Shown: positions 12,289 through 25,970 of the stretch, piece by piece
How the letters are laid out: each line of letters starts with the position of its first letter
How positions within the stretch are numbered: position 1 is the stretch's first letter
Assembly (NCBI RefSeq): GCF_009914755.1
Contig: NC_060934.1
Length of the DNA: 64,000 nt
Source: the human T2T-CHM13v2.0 reference genome, Homo sapiens
Reading direction: 5' to 3' (one strand)
Program-made: the position numbers and the translations under genes
The notes under the pieces: generated by a model
The model's database searches: none
What the model was told of the DNA's origin: nothing
The model's input: only the letters and a program-made list of their open reading frames with translations

Positions 12289-13721
12289 TAATCTTAAATT
12301 CATCTTCAGGTTGATTTAGTGTCAAAATTCCCTCAAATATTATTCTAGATTCTATAAAATGTTCTAGATACCATTTTATCGCTTAAAAATAAATGTGAAA
12401 GCTCTCAGCTAAGATATAGTTGTTCATCTATGTGTAATTACTAGTTTTGTAATTTTTTGTAATTTCTTAGTCACCTCTGCATAGTGTTTGGATTACATTG
12501 TGAGTACAGTAGGATTTTGTTTAGAAATCTATGCGTTATTTCAAATAACATCTCTTTATGATAGGAAAAAAGGTTCCAAGTTTGAAATAACACTGTGAAG
12601 AACTAATCACCATGCAAGTTTAGGCTTATTATGGGGAAATTTTTAAACTTTAGGTATTAAAAAGATTTTTAAGAAATAGATTTTAACAAACTTTCAGTAC
12701 CTTGTGACTTACCCTGCGTAAACAAGGTCAGCCAAATTTGTACCCTGTTTCATGGATTAGAAATTAAACACTATAAGTGAAAGAATAATAAGTCATATCT
12801 TGTCAATAATTTTGTGAGAGTATGAGACTTGTGGTGAGTTTTCCTTTAGCACTCATGCCTATTTTCTTTTTTAAATTATTTTTTCAGTTCCTATGTCTTA
12901 TTACAGGTCTTCTCTTTTCCTCTCTTCATTTATTTATAACTCTGTCTTGACCACTTATATCTGTTTTCGGTCTAGAATTTTACTACTTTGGAGAATGTGG
13001 TTTTTGTGAGGGTAGAGTTTTCAAATGTCACTAATGTTTGCTTCTGGAATAAGGGAAGTATGATTATAGGTCAGTAGAAGAAACATGGTATGAAGAAATG
13101 TACAGCCTTGGTGGTAAGCAATAGAATTCATACTTACAAAGAAACAGAAGTATATGTATATTAAAGGCAAGTAAGAATCACTACCAAATGTTTACATTTT
13201 ACATCTCCTGCTTTGTTTGCCCTATAGGTTTTTCATACCTATGCCATGAGTAACAATTTTTCTTAGTAAAACTTTCATTTATACTCAGTTACAATTAAAT
13301 ATCTTTATCAGTAATCTAAAAGCAATAAAGCCCTTAAAATGAGGTAGTGTGATAAATTATAAGAAATCTCATCTAAGAAATCATATGTTTGAAATTTTAC
13401 CTGTCAGTAATGTGGTTTGTGTCCATTGAATTAACAAGTTAGAATGAATTTATAATTAAATAAATAATTTCTATTTTTTTAGGATTTGGTTATCTTTTGG
13501 CAGTATTTACCAAAAGACATGGTTACACTAAAACGTGACTAGAAATTTAAAAAGATTGCTCAAAATTTCATGCTCAGAATTTAGAACGTGCCATCTAGTA
13601 TTCTTTGCTCTGTCATGAAAAGATTTGAGAAAGTTTCAGTGAAAGTGAATTAAGTTGTTTTGTAATGGTAACCTAATGGAAATTGAAGTAATTTTTTTTT
13701 AAAAAAGGTAAGTATTATTTA

Positions 13722-14036
13722 GGCCAGGCACAGTGGCTCAAGCCTGAAATTCCAGCCCTTCGGGAGGCTGAAGTGGGTGGATCACCTAAGATCAAGAGTT
13801 TGAGACCAGCCTGGCCAAAATTTTTGGTAGAGACCAGACCATCTCTACTAAAAATACAAAAATTAGCCAATCATGGTGGTGCATTCCTTAGTCCCAGCTG
13901 CTGGGGAGGCTGAGGTAGGAGAATCGCTCAAACCCAGGAGGCAGAGGTTGCGGTGAGCCAAGATCGCGCCACTACACTCCAGCCTGGCTGACAGAGTGAG
14001 ACTCTGTCTGAAAACAAACAAACAAACAAACAAAAA
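13722..14036 (+). mobile_element. AluS with (AAAC)n tail and an internal inverted patch
   Basis: Alu dimer; see finding at 13820-13855. Confidence 0.9.
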
Positions 14037-15520
14037 CTTACTTAAAGTGATAGCTTTAAACCTTATTCGACCATGGAACAAGCCTTTGTAACATAATCTA
14101 TACTGTTACAATAAGTACACTTTGGCAGAGTAAGTGAACTAATGATTTTTTTTTATAATTTAAGCTAGTCTGTGAATGACAGTTGATTAAATAATGTCAC
14201 AGCTCTTTATATATAGCATTAAATAGAGTTCAAAGTATTTTTGGAATTTATTAATTTATAATATTCTTCTGTGATTATTAAAGAGGTGGGATAGCTAAAC
14301 TTTTTCTCACCTTTTATCATTGTTCCAAGTGCAGTTTTGAACTCGTATGTGTTAGAACTCCCATTATATTGGTCAAATCGATGATCACCATATGACTTTA
14401 TTCCTGCATTTTTGCCTCAAATTTTTAACTATCCTATTCTGGACTGCTTCATTAACTTCATTAGGGATTAACTATGAATGTTTAAGCCTTTATTTTACAA
14501 TGTCCTTGCAGGTGTCCTTAACTGTTTCATTTATAAACACAGAGAATAAAATGAAAAAAAAATCTGTAGAGTTGTTTGTTCTATTTGGAGCTTTTCATGT
14601 TGGTGTAAAATTCCTGACACTTAACACATATGAATCTTTTTCATTCATGTTTAATAATTTTATTTGAGAGTCACTTCAAGTAAAGCCCAAACTGTGTTAA
14701 CATTTGAGTTAAGCAAAGACATCTTTGCTTAACAATAAAGCAAATATCACAATAAAGCAAGTCACATGAATATTTTGGTTTCTGAATTCATATAAAAGTT
14801 ATGTTTACACTATATGGTACTCTCAAGTGTGTGGTAGCATTACATCTTTAAAAATAAACATACTTTAATTAAAAATACTTTGTTGCTAAAAAATGCTAGT
14901 GATCATCTGAGCCTTTAGCGAGTAATAATCTTTTTGCTGTTGGAGGGTCTTGCACCAGTGTTGATGGCTGCTGACTGCTCAGAGTGGTGGCTTCTGAAGG
15001 TTGGGGTAGCTGTGACGATTTCTTAAAATAAGACAACAATTAAGTTTGCCACATCAATTGACTCTTCTTTCATAAAAGATTTCTCTGTAGCATACAATGT
15101 TGTTTGATAGCATTTACCTACAGTAGAACTTCTTTGAAATTGGAGTCAGCCCTCTCTAACTCTGTTGTTGCTTTAACAGTTATGTTTATGCAGTATTCTG
15201 AATTTTTCGTTGTCATTTCAACAGCATTCATAGCGTGTTCACCAGGAGTAGATTCCATGTCAAGAAACCACTCTCTGTGTTCATCTATAAGAAGCAATTT
15301 CTCATCCATTCAAGTTTTATCATGTGATTGCAGCAATTCAGTCCTATCTTCAGGCTTCACTTCTAATACTAGTTCTCTTGCTATTTCCATCACATGTGCA
15401 TTGACTTCTTCCACTGAAGTCTTGAAGCCCTCAAAGTCATCCATGAGGGTTGGAATCCACTTATTCCAAACTCCTATTAATGTTAATATTTTGACCACCT
15501 CACATGAATCGTGAATGTTC

Positions 15521-15771
15521 TTTTTTTTTTAAACAGGGTTTTACTCCTGTCACTCAGGCAGGGAAGTGCAGTAACAATCACTGCACATTGCAGTCTCAAT
15601 CTCCCAGGCAAGCTCAAGCAATCCTCCCACCTCATCATTTATTTTATTTTTGTAGAGACGAGGTCTCACCATATTGGCCAGGCTGGTCTCGAACTGCTGG
15701 GCTTAAGTGATCCTCCCACTGCGGCCTCCCAAAGCACTGGGATTGCAGGTGTGAGCCACCATGCCCAGCCC
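15521..15771 (-). mobile_element. AluJ-like inside Tigger1
   Basis: TSD TGAATGTTCTT on both sides. Confidence 0.88.
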
Positions 15772-16106
15772 ATGAATGTTCTTAATGACAACTGGAATGA
15801 TGAATTATTTTCAGGAGGTTTTCAATTTACTCTGCCCAAACCCATCAGATGAGTCACTATGGCAGCTATAGCCTTATGAAATATATTACTTAAATAAGAT
15901 TTGAAAGTCAAAATTACTCATTGATCCATGGGCTGCAGAATGAATGTTGTTTTAGCAGCCGTGAAAACAACATTCATCTTCTTGTACGTCTCCATCAGAG
16001 CCCTTGGGTTACCAGATGCATTGTTAATGAGCAGTAATATTTTAAAGGGAATCTTTTTTTCTGAGCAGTAGATCTCAACAGTGGGCTTAAAATATTCAGT
16101 ATACCA

Positions 16107-16450
<344 letters not shown>

Positions 16451-17783
16451 TCATTTATAGAACACAGGCAGAGCAGATTTAACATAACTCTTAAGGGCTC
16501 TAGGATTTTTAGAATGGTAAATGAGCATTGACTTCAACTGAAAGTCACCAGCTGCATTAGCCCCTAAAAAAAAAAGAGTCGTCCTATCCTTTGAAGCTTC
16601 GAAGCCAAGCATTTACTTCTTTTTAGCTGTAAAAGTCTTCAATAGCATCTTCTGCCAGTAGAAGACTCTTTTGTCTATGTTGAAAACCTGTTGTTCAGTG
16701 CAGCCACCTTCATCAATGATGTTGGCAAGATCTGGGTAACTCTTCAGCACCTGCTATTTTACCTTGCACTTTTATGATATGGAGATTGCTTCTTTCTTTC
16801 AACCTCACAAATTAGCCTCTCTTAGCTTCAGACTTTTCTTGCACAGCATCCTCACCTCTCAGCTTTAACAGAATTGAAAAGAGTTAAGGTTGTGCTCGGG
16901 ATTAAGCTTTGACCTAAGAGAATGCTATGCTGGTTTGATGTTCTATACAGACCAGTAAAACTTTCTCCATGTCAGCAATAAGCTTATTTCACTCTCTTAT
17001 TCATGCGTTCACTGGAGTAGCACTTTTAATTTTCTTCAAGAACTTTTTCTTTGCATTGAGAACTTGCCTGTTTGTTGTGAGAGGTCAAACTTTCAGCCTG
17101 TCTCACCTTTCGATATGCCTTCCTCACTAAACTCAATCATTTCTAGCTTTTGACTTAAAGTGAGAGACATGCAACTCCTCCTTTCACTTGAACACTTAGA
17201 GACCACTGTAGGATTATTAATTGGCCTAATGTCACTATTGTTGTGTCTCAAGAAATAGGGAGGCCTTAGGAGAGGTAGAGAGATGGGGTAATGGCCAGCT
17301 GGTAGAGCAGTGAAAACACAGCATTTATCAGTTAAGTTCACCATCTTCTATGGGTGTGGTTTGTGGCATCCCAAAACAATTACAATAATAATATCATAGA
17401 TCAGTGATCACTATAAAAGATATAAAAGTTTGAAATATTGAAAGAATTACCAAAATATGACAGAGATCCAAGCGAGCACATTCTGTTGGAAAATAATGAC
17501 ACCATACTCAAGGCAGGCTTGCCATAAACCTTCGATTTGTAAAAAAAAATAATAAAAAGGTATCTGTGAAGTGCAATAAAATAAGGTATGCTTATACCAA
17601 AACAGACTTAATTATGCTATTTCTTACCATTAGTGTTAGAGTTCAGTTTCTAATGTTTTTCATTTTCCATATGTTATTGATGTTCAGTGAGTTACACAAA
17701 TTATTTACTGTTGTTACTTCCACCTTAGTAGGGAGAATCTTTGATTTTTGCTGGATAAATTTTCAAACAAGAGTGTGATTATA

Positions 17784-18062
17784 GGCTGGACGTGGTGGCT
17801 CACGCCTGTAATCCCAGCATTTTGGGAGGCCGAGGTGGGCAGATCACTTGAGGTCAGGAGTTGGAGACCAGCCTGGCCAACATGGTGAAACCCCCTCTCT
17901 ACTAAAAATACAAAAATTAGCCGGGCGTGGTGGCGCATGCCTGTAATCCCAGCACTTGAGAAGCTGAGGCAGGAGAATGGCTTGAACCTGGGAGGCAGAG
18001 GTTGCACTCCTGCCTAGGTGACAGAGTGAGACTCCATCTCAAAAAAAAAGAAAAGAAAGAAA
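17784..18062 (+). mobile_element. AluSx-like with an internal 24-bp deletion
   Basis: TSD AGTGTGATTA. GTTGCA joined to CTCC through the repeated TGCA. Confidence 0.9.
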
Positions 18063-19308
18063 AGTGTGATTACAGAGATCCTATTTGTGTTTATTTTTAA
18101 TTTCTCTAGAATTTGTTTTCTTCAATAAATAAAATTCTAATACCAGTTTTTTTTGAGTAACACTGTGATTTTTATACAGAAAGACTTTCTCCAAATTGGA
18201 GAATGTACTCTTTTATTCCTGTAATTTTTCTTAACTCTTATTTTTGGCAGCTACCAAAAGTAAAACTCTCTACCAAGACAGAGAAGAAATCTTTGGGAAT
18301 ATTAAGTAATGTTATTTTTCATTACACGGACTAACCTTTTTACTAAGAAGAATTGGGATAGTATTGGTTATGGGAGCTTAGGAGCCCTAAAGATAAAGAT
18401 TGGAAGATTTTGTGTTGTGGACTTGTGGCACTGTAACAAAGTCTGGGAATTTTATGTGAGATTGGAAACCACACTATGTGCTAATTGCCTCAGAATGGTA
18501 AGAAAATAAGCATATGTATAGCATTTAGTTGTTAAGACAGTAGGCACTTATGCAGAGCCCCAAATGAATTAACAAATCATCTACTGAAATATTTTCACTT
18601 CTGTTTACTTTATGTATTTTAGACCAATCAGCAGTTGCTTGAGAAAATGAAATGTTTACTAAATCTCTTTAATAAACATGTTTAAGAGAGGAAAAACTTA
18701 TAAACATTCAGATGGCAGTGTACATTTTTAAGTGCTAGTTGTCATATCTTTGAAATTGTATGTAAACTGGACATAAACAATCAAGTGTCTACAGAATGGT
18801 ATCTGTCTTCCAATATATTTACTGAAGATATTATAGAATCTTTATAGTTTAATATGATTTACCCCACATGTTCTGTTGTTGCTATCTTTTCAGATAAAGT
18901 TGAATTTAATCTTTCTTATCAGCTTTTATTGAGGTATTTATGAACCATTGAGTTCACCCACTTAAAAAATATCATTCAGTGGCTGTTAGTGTATTTACAG
19001 AGTTCTGCTACCATCACTGTAATCTAATGTTAGAACATTCACATCACCACAGAAGGAAATGTTATACCCATCAGTAGTAATGCTCCATACCCCCTGGATT
19101 TAATCTTATATCCACATCTCTCATAATAGTTTCAGTGGTATCTAGTTATTATGACTACAAATGATGCAATTGTTCCTGATTACACAAATAATGTATTTAT
19201 GTCTTTATTGTTGGCATGTAATGGAAGACATAATAAGTCTGCTTTGATCTCTTGCTCTTACCTATTTCTCTATTGCAAGTGTTATAAAGAGTCTTTTAAG
19301 CTTTTGCT

Positions 19309-19354
19309 CATATATATAAATATATATATACATACATTTATATATACACACACA

Positions 19355-19395
<41 letters not shown>

Positions 19396-19397
19396 GT
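19309..19397 (+). repeat. (TA)n/(CA)n microsatellite
   Basis: Directly visible. Confidence 0.95.
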
Positions 19398-21599
19398 AAT
19401 GCTACCGTGTTTGAGGGTCATGAGGGTCAGTTTTTTGAAATACCAGTTTTTTTCTGATTTAGGTGGATGACATGGTACGTGAAGCTTAAAAAAAAATTTG
19501 GTAAATTGGTATGAAAAAATGAGAGGACAACGTTTTTCCTTTCTGGTACTTAGCAGGAAGGCAAGTTCTTGTATGAACCCATATTTCCTGTTACCCATTT
19601 TCAGACCAATAGTGGTTTCTCATCTATATAATAGGGATCTTTTGACTCTAACCTCTTAAATCTATCATGTGTTTTCTTTCTTCACCTTGGAAATAGCTTC
19701 TTGAAGCCCCAGACTTCTAGAGCACATTCATATTAACTAACATTGTCCTGGTTTACTAGTTAGGGATATTAGTAAATCCTAAATAGTTGAAGACGTTCTG
19801 AAAGATATATTGCTGCTTTTTAAAAATTTATTTATCTTGTTCTCTATATGGATTTCTGGCACAAGGTTGGTTTTTGTTTTTGTTTTTGTTTCTGTTTTTT
19901 TTTTTGTCAATTGTGGTAAGTCCATGGATGCTTTTCTCTATAACTTTCCCATTTTCCCTTATCACACCGTCACTGCAAACATCTAATTTCTGTCCAGTCT
20001 CTCAACTCTTTTCAGCTCTGCTGTCCTAACTAATCATTTTTTGTATTCATCTTTCAAAGTATTTGTTTCTGTCTTCATTCTATAAGTAACAAGATTATTT
20101 AAGGTTATTTTGTATTACAGAAATAGTAAAAATCAAATAAAATATCAAATGTAGAATAGTCCACCAAAAATATTTTATTTCATCTTTTCCAGAGAGGTAC
20201 ACATATAATAAAGTAAATGAGCATTATATATTTTATTATTAATCCTCAATAATATATTTTTCACAGGTATGTTGCTTCTTGTAAGTTTACCTTTTTTAAT
20301 GTGAAAACTACAATAAACTAAATTAAATTTTAAAAATATTTTACTTACTAAAGTCAACTGATGTTTTCCTGGTAGATTGATAGGCTTCTTGTGGTAGCTT
20401 TTAATCATTTGCAAGTTTTGAGCCCATTTCTAAAACTTTTCTCATTGTAAATATGTATTTCCTTTCTTATATTAACTGAGAATTTGTTTTTATAAAAATA
20501 AAGTGGGGAATCAGACTCAAGGTGAAATGTTGTAGACTTAGTGCCAGCAATAAGCAGAATTATTTAAAATCATTCAAATATCTTTAATTCCCTTGTTGTC
20601 TTTTTCAAAAACTGTACATTTTAACTACATTAATATAACGGAAGACTTTTTAAGGCTTAGTTTTCCTTTATAGATATTCCCTAATTTCATTTTTATTTCA
20701 GTCTGTCAGGGTTGTGAATGTGATGTTTTAAGGTACACTGTAGTGTTTTCACATCCTCAGATGAACTGAATTGGGACAATACTTTGTAGGAAGTTTTTTA
20801 ATATAGTATGTAGACACATTGGTAAAAATCAGTATGTCCGCTGGCTTATTAGTTTCACAGATGCTTCCATAATTCTTAGTGTACTCTTGGGTATTTTAAA
20901 TTATCATTTCCTGACAGCAATCCTGAAACATGCCAGTCTTTTAAAGCCTTATTTCTGAGAACTAAAGCAAGGCATCAGCGAACCATATCTGACATGCCAT
21001 GTTAATTTCCATAACTATCATTTCTGGGAGGTGGTAGGATTTCTAAGGCATGGAGAATCTCAGTAAATCTACTTTAAAAAAAAAAAAAGCAAAATATCTG
21101 TTTTATTACTGGGTTTCCATTCACGAGCCCTGACTGCTTCATTCCCACTTAAATAATTTCAAAAATAGTGATAAGCATATTTTTTCTCTTATAGATTATT
21201 AAATATTTACTCACGTGCACAATATATCAAAACATATTTTGAATTCTATATTCTTAGTGTTGGGTGTTCATGTTGTGAATGAAAACCTCATTCTGTTATC
21301 TCATAGCATATTTATATATACAAATAATTTTTGCCTTAAGTAGGAAAGAAACAGCTAAAAGATACATAGGTTATTTTGCTTTTTAAAATTTTAGCAAACT
21401 ATTCTGTGAATCTTTTGTGTGTTTGGGGCTGTTTGTAGAGGAAAATTTCATCAAGCAACATTTTGGGAACATTGGCCTTTTGTACTCTTTCCTAAATAAA
21501 CAGAAACTTGTACTCCCCAAAATAAAATGTTTCTTTGTATATTGTTACCTGCAAGTTATTGATAATGGAAGGAACACCTTTTCAATCCTTAGTCCCCTT

Positions 21600-22330
21600 T
21601 CCCCCAACACAGCTTTTAGATTGTCGATAAACTTCCCAGCTCAGTAATTAACTGAGCTCAGTCATTGCACCCTGTATCATGTGATTTTTTTTTCCAGTGG
21701 AATACATTATTAGAGCACTTACACAGCCAGTCTAGCTGCAGCAGCCCAGGCGGCAACAGCAGTGCCATTTTTCACAAAGAAAATGTTGAACAGGAGCCAA
21801 ATGTTTGGTGGCAGTCTGTTGCTAGGAAATCAAGGTCCTGAGGCGATTAATGACAAAGCAAGCAATAACAAGAAGGCAGAATTACAGATTTAAAAGAGAA
21901 AAAAGTGGTTGGTGTTATAATTACCCAAAGAAATCCGCACTCATTAAATTGGCTGTTTTTATGATTGACTTTAATTGGAGGTTAGCTCAGATATTTAGCT
22001 CCTTTCCCACCCCTTTAAACACACACAGGCACATAATCTGTAGAACTGCAGACTTGTTTTTCTAAGCATTGAGAGGAGCTTGCCCTGTAATTTGATCCCC
22101 ACTGACAGATGCATTTTCTATGCTGCCATTTTGAATTAACCTATTGTAGAACAATTTTCTTCAGCCCTGTTGAATAAAACATCCAGTCTGATTACCTCCG
22201 ATGGATTTGATAGAGTAAAAGAATGTACTTCTCATTGAAGTAGATTGTTTGCATGGACTCTACTGATTGTGAACTCTGCCAGTAAGCACAATCATTTGTA
22301 ATAAATTTTCAAAGAAATTTGTGAGGAAAA
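21600..22330. promoter_or_regulatory. Candidate conserved developmental enhancer
   Basis: Repeat-free, higher-complexity block with clustered homeodomain (TAATTA/TAATTG), PBX (TGATTGAC 21962-21969), MEIS plus E-box (TGACAGATG 22103-22111), RFX-like (GTTGCTAGGAAAT 21818-21830), SOX (CTATTGT 22141-22147) and YY1-like (GCCATTTT) motifs. Conservation cannot be measured from one sequence. Confidence 0.6.
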
Positions 22331-23358
22331 GGTAATGAGAGTCACCCTTTTATAGTTTAATGTTTGGCACCTCCATCAAAATAATATAATTCTTATAAGA
22401 CAGTGTTATTTTTCCAGTAAGCTTTTCACGTGGTTTTAGAAAAAATTTCTGAATCTTCATTTGGACTATTCATATATTTAGGAATAGAGTCTTGTATTTA
22501 CACTCTAAAATGACCATTCTTCCTCCCCAACAACAGTATTTTAGTGCAAGACTCAATATGCAAAGCACTCTATTGCAAAAATATTTTTGGTATGTACAAT
22601 ATTTAAAGTGATTTTAAGATTGGCCTATTTCAGTCTTTGAAGTATTTCCCCCCCCCAAAAATCCCTTATTTAAATTTTTTAGGGTGTGATAAAGCATATT
22701 ACTAGAAAAGCATCAATCGGTCTTTCAGGTACAATACCAGAGGAACCATCACAGTTTATTTACCTTTCAGAAGCTTTAAAAATAAAGTTACATGATGCCT
22801 CTGCTCTCCAGATTTCTAATCAAACCCTGGAACAAAAGAGCCAAGCACATTCTATCTGACAATGCACACACTGCTAATCAGATGCCAATGCCAAGCTGTC
22901 TGCTTTGTTAAATACTTAGCTTCCTAGAGGCAGGAAGACAGCTGCTATAAGTATGATGAAATTTTGTAGTTCAATCTATTTTTGCTACCCTTGGGCTACC
23001 AAGATACTGTTAATTTAGACCACCCCAATTGGTACATTTTAGGGAGTTTTTTAAAGAGTTTGTAATTAAAATGATAAAACATCGTTATTACATTGAAGAC
23101 CTTCTGTAAGTTTTACATTTGGCAGATACCTACTGAGATAACCCCAGCATGTAATTTACAATGATGTAATGGTTGTAATTGCATTTTAGAAAAAAAGAAC
23201 TATAGGAGGCAAGTGCTTCCATTAGAAGAGTTTTTAAATCTGCTTCTGTTTCATTTAAATCTACTTCTATCCCCAAATTACTTACTTATAATTGACTAGA
23301 GCAGCTATAAACCTTAAGATGCTATCTGAATATTTTTAAAAAGTTATCACCCCAGACA

Positions 23359-23377
23359 CTGCCACCAGGGGGAGGAA
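23359..23377 (+). promoter_or_regulatory. Candidate CTCF site
   Basis: CTGCCACCAGGGGGAGGAA matches the core CCACCAGGGGG of the CTCF consensus, in non-repeat sequence. Confidence 0.55.
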
Positions 23378-24199
23378 GCTAAAATCTTAAAGTTCTTAAC
23401 TGATGATGATACTGCCAGTAGGTAGATTATATTGCTTAGCCCTACATAGTTAACTACTTCCTCCAGATAATACCGCCTTTTGGGACATGATTCTCACAAC
23501 CTGTAATATGTGATACCTGTAGACTTAGCACACTATTAATTGTAAATAAAATGGAAACTTTCGTACTCTGGTGGTTGGGGTCAGGAAGGGGAAAGAGGAA
23601 GTACAAATAAGCAACCTGGACATTTTTATTGTTTTTCTCTTATCTGTTAGTCTACTTGAAGAGCTATCCTTGAAAGTGAGTGCTTTAGATCTATGAAACT
23701 GGGCAGCTATCATAGCACATCTATTAAGATCTAATAATCACATAATTAATGTAGCAAAATGAATAGACTGTAAGGTAGTTTTCTATTTTTTGTTACTACA
23801 CTGTGGTTTTGTTTTTAATAAATAGTTTTGGCTTTATTTTAAACAATTAAAAATTCAAAATATTTTTATGACCAAAGCTTGTAGGTTCTATCCCTGGAAA
23901 ACATTTTATAAATGCAGAAAATAGTTGCTTAGGATTGGAATCCAACTCTGTTTACCATGAACAACTTAAAAGTTGATCTCATAATCTTGCATGTTGTGGA
24001 ATAATACCACGAAAAAGTTAATTAAAGAATTTAGATGTTTGTTCTCCTGTCTAGAACTCAATAACTTTTAAGTAGTAACTCTCCCTACAGTTTAACTGTT
24101 AAACAGTAACTCTTCTGACAGTTTTAGGTTTTATTCTGTGAAGACTCATGATTTTTAATTTTTGCATCTTAATTTTTCAGTTATTTCAGGTATTGAAAT

Positions 24200-25965
24200 T
24201 ACAAACGACGGGAAAGAAAAGTGGTTGACTAAAAAGGGGATACAAAAGGCAATTTTTAGGGCGATGTACTGTTCTGTATGGTACTGTGGTGGTGGATACA
24301 TGATACTATGCATTTGTTAAAGCCCAAAGAACTGTACATCACAAAGGGTTAATTTTAATGTATGCAGGTTTTTTAAATGTTAGGGATTTCAGGATAGAAT
24401 GCAAGCTGTAACAAATGAATCTAATTGTATTACAAATGTATGGCATAACTTCACTGAATGGGTGGGGGAAAAGGAGCTGACCTAAGTAACTTTGGAAAAT
24501 GGTGTTTTGATTGGACAATGTAAAGCTAAAGACTAAGGAACACTATAGAAACACTCTATTCTAGTTGGTAAATTTGTTTCTCATAACGGTATGGGTTAAC
24601 AGTTCTGAACCTCTTTACATGTATCCTGGGGTTGAACAAATAAGTAAATGGATGATGAATGGTGGAAGCTAGGTTTCTCACTGTCAGGAAGGGATGTTAC
24701 AGATAAATAAACAAGAGGGGAGAGCCAGAATGAAACCTGTGGTACTGGATTAGAGTTGGAGATATAAGTATTTACTCATGTTTAGCTTAATATATGCAGA
24801 TGGATAGATGCAGAAATAATTATAGATGCATGTGTATATGTGGATTAGTATACATGCATATGTTTCCTAGCTGTGTTTACTGAGAAGGCCTAGAAGCAGT
24901 GATATCCCAGTAGCCACAAACACATCTAACGCTCACATCCTGGTTTGTAAATCCTATTCTCCAATAAAAGGATCCAGGACTCCTTTTAAATATGACTGAT
25001 TCTGGGGCTGGTGATGGGAAAATACAACATAAGCATGGAATATCTTGTAGTGCCAGAAGGCAAGAGATTTCTTAAAAATAATAAAGATTAAGCATGCCAA
25101 AAGGGACACATGAGCCAATGTGAAAGAACTCCGAGTGGCCGTAGCTGGAATAATTAGAGCAACAAAATAAAACATGTAGCATTGGATTAAGGATAAATTA
25201 TTGAGTAAATATACATGAGTTCACAGTGTTATGTATAAATTGTATAAATAAGTAAATGGAGGAGAAGAGATAAATCTCCCTGACAGAAGAATTCCAAATA
25301 ACATATTGCCCCCTCCAGAAGGGGGATCCTACTTCCCTTCTCCTTGAGAGTATGAGCTGGATTGAGTGAGTCATATCCAAAAATTGAGTTTGGAAGACAG
25401 CGAAATACTGACTTGACTATTTCCATTGGAGAAAGCTGGTAAACAACTATGTTAACTAAGTGATCAAGGTTAACATCACAAATGGGAAGTCATGCTGATG
25501 TGAAGAGGTGGAAACTTCATCTCTCTGATATTCTTTCCCTAAACCTGTAGCCTCAATCTAATCATTAGGAAAACATCAGACAAATCCCAACTGATGGACA
25601 TTCTACCACATAAGTTGAGCATTCCTGAAAACTGTCAAGGTTGTGAACAATGAAGAAAGACTATGAACATCTCACTGACAAGAAGAGACTACAGAGTCAT
25701 GACAACTAAATGTTACATAGTTTCCTGGATCAGGTCCAGAATAGAAATAGGATATTAGTGTAAAAACTGGTGAAATCTAAATAAAGTCTTGACTTTAGTC
25801 AATAATCCACCAACATTGGTTTCTTGGTTTGGACAAATGTACCACAGTAATGTAAGATGCTAAGATAGTGACATTAGAACAAATTGGATGAGGGGTACAT
25901 AGGAAGTCTGTATATTAAACTTGCAATTTTTCTGTATATCTAAGTTCCCAAATATAAAATAAATT
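24200..25965 (+). mobile_element. Old L1M (MC/MD-like) 3' region; the pseudogene is inserted at its end
   Basis: Typical L1MC/MD 3'UTR motifs (GGTGGATACATGATACTATGCATTTGT; AAACATCAGACAAATCCCAACTGA; TTGCAATTTTTCTGTATATCTAA). Confidence 0.7.
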
Positions 25966-25970
25966 TATTT

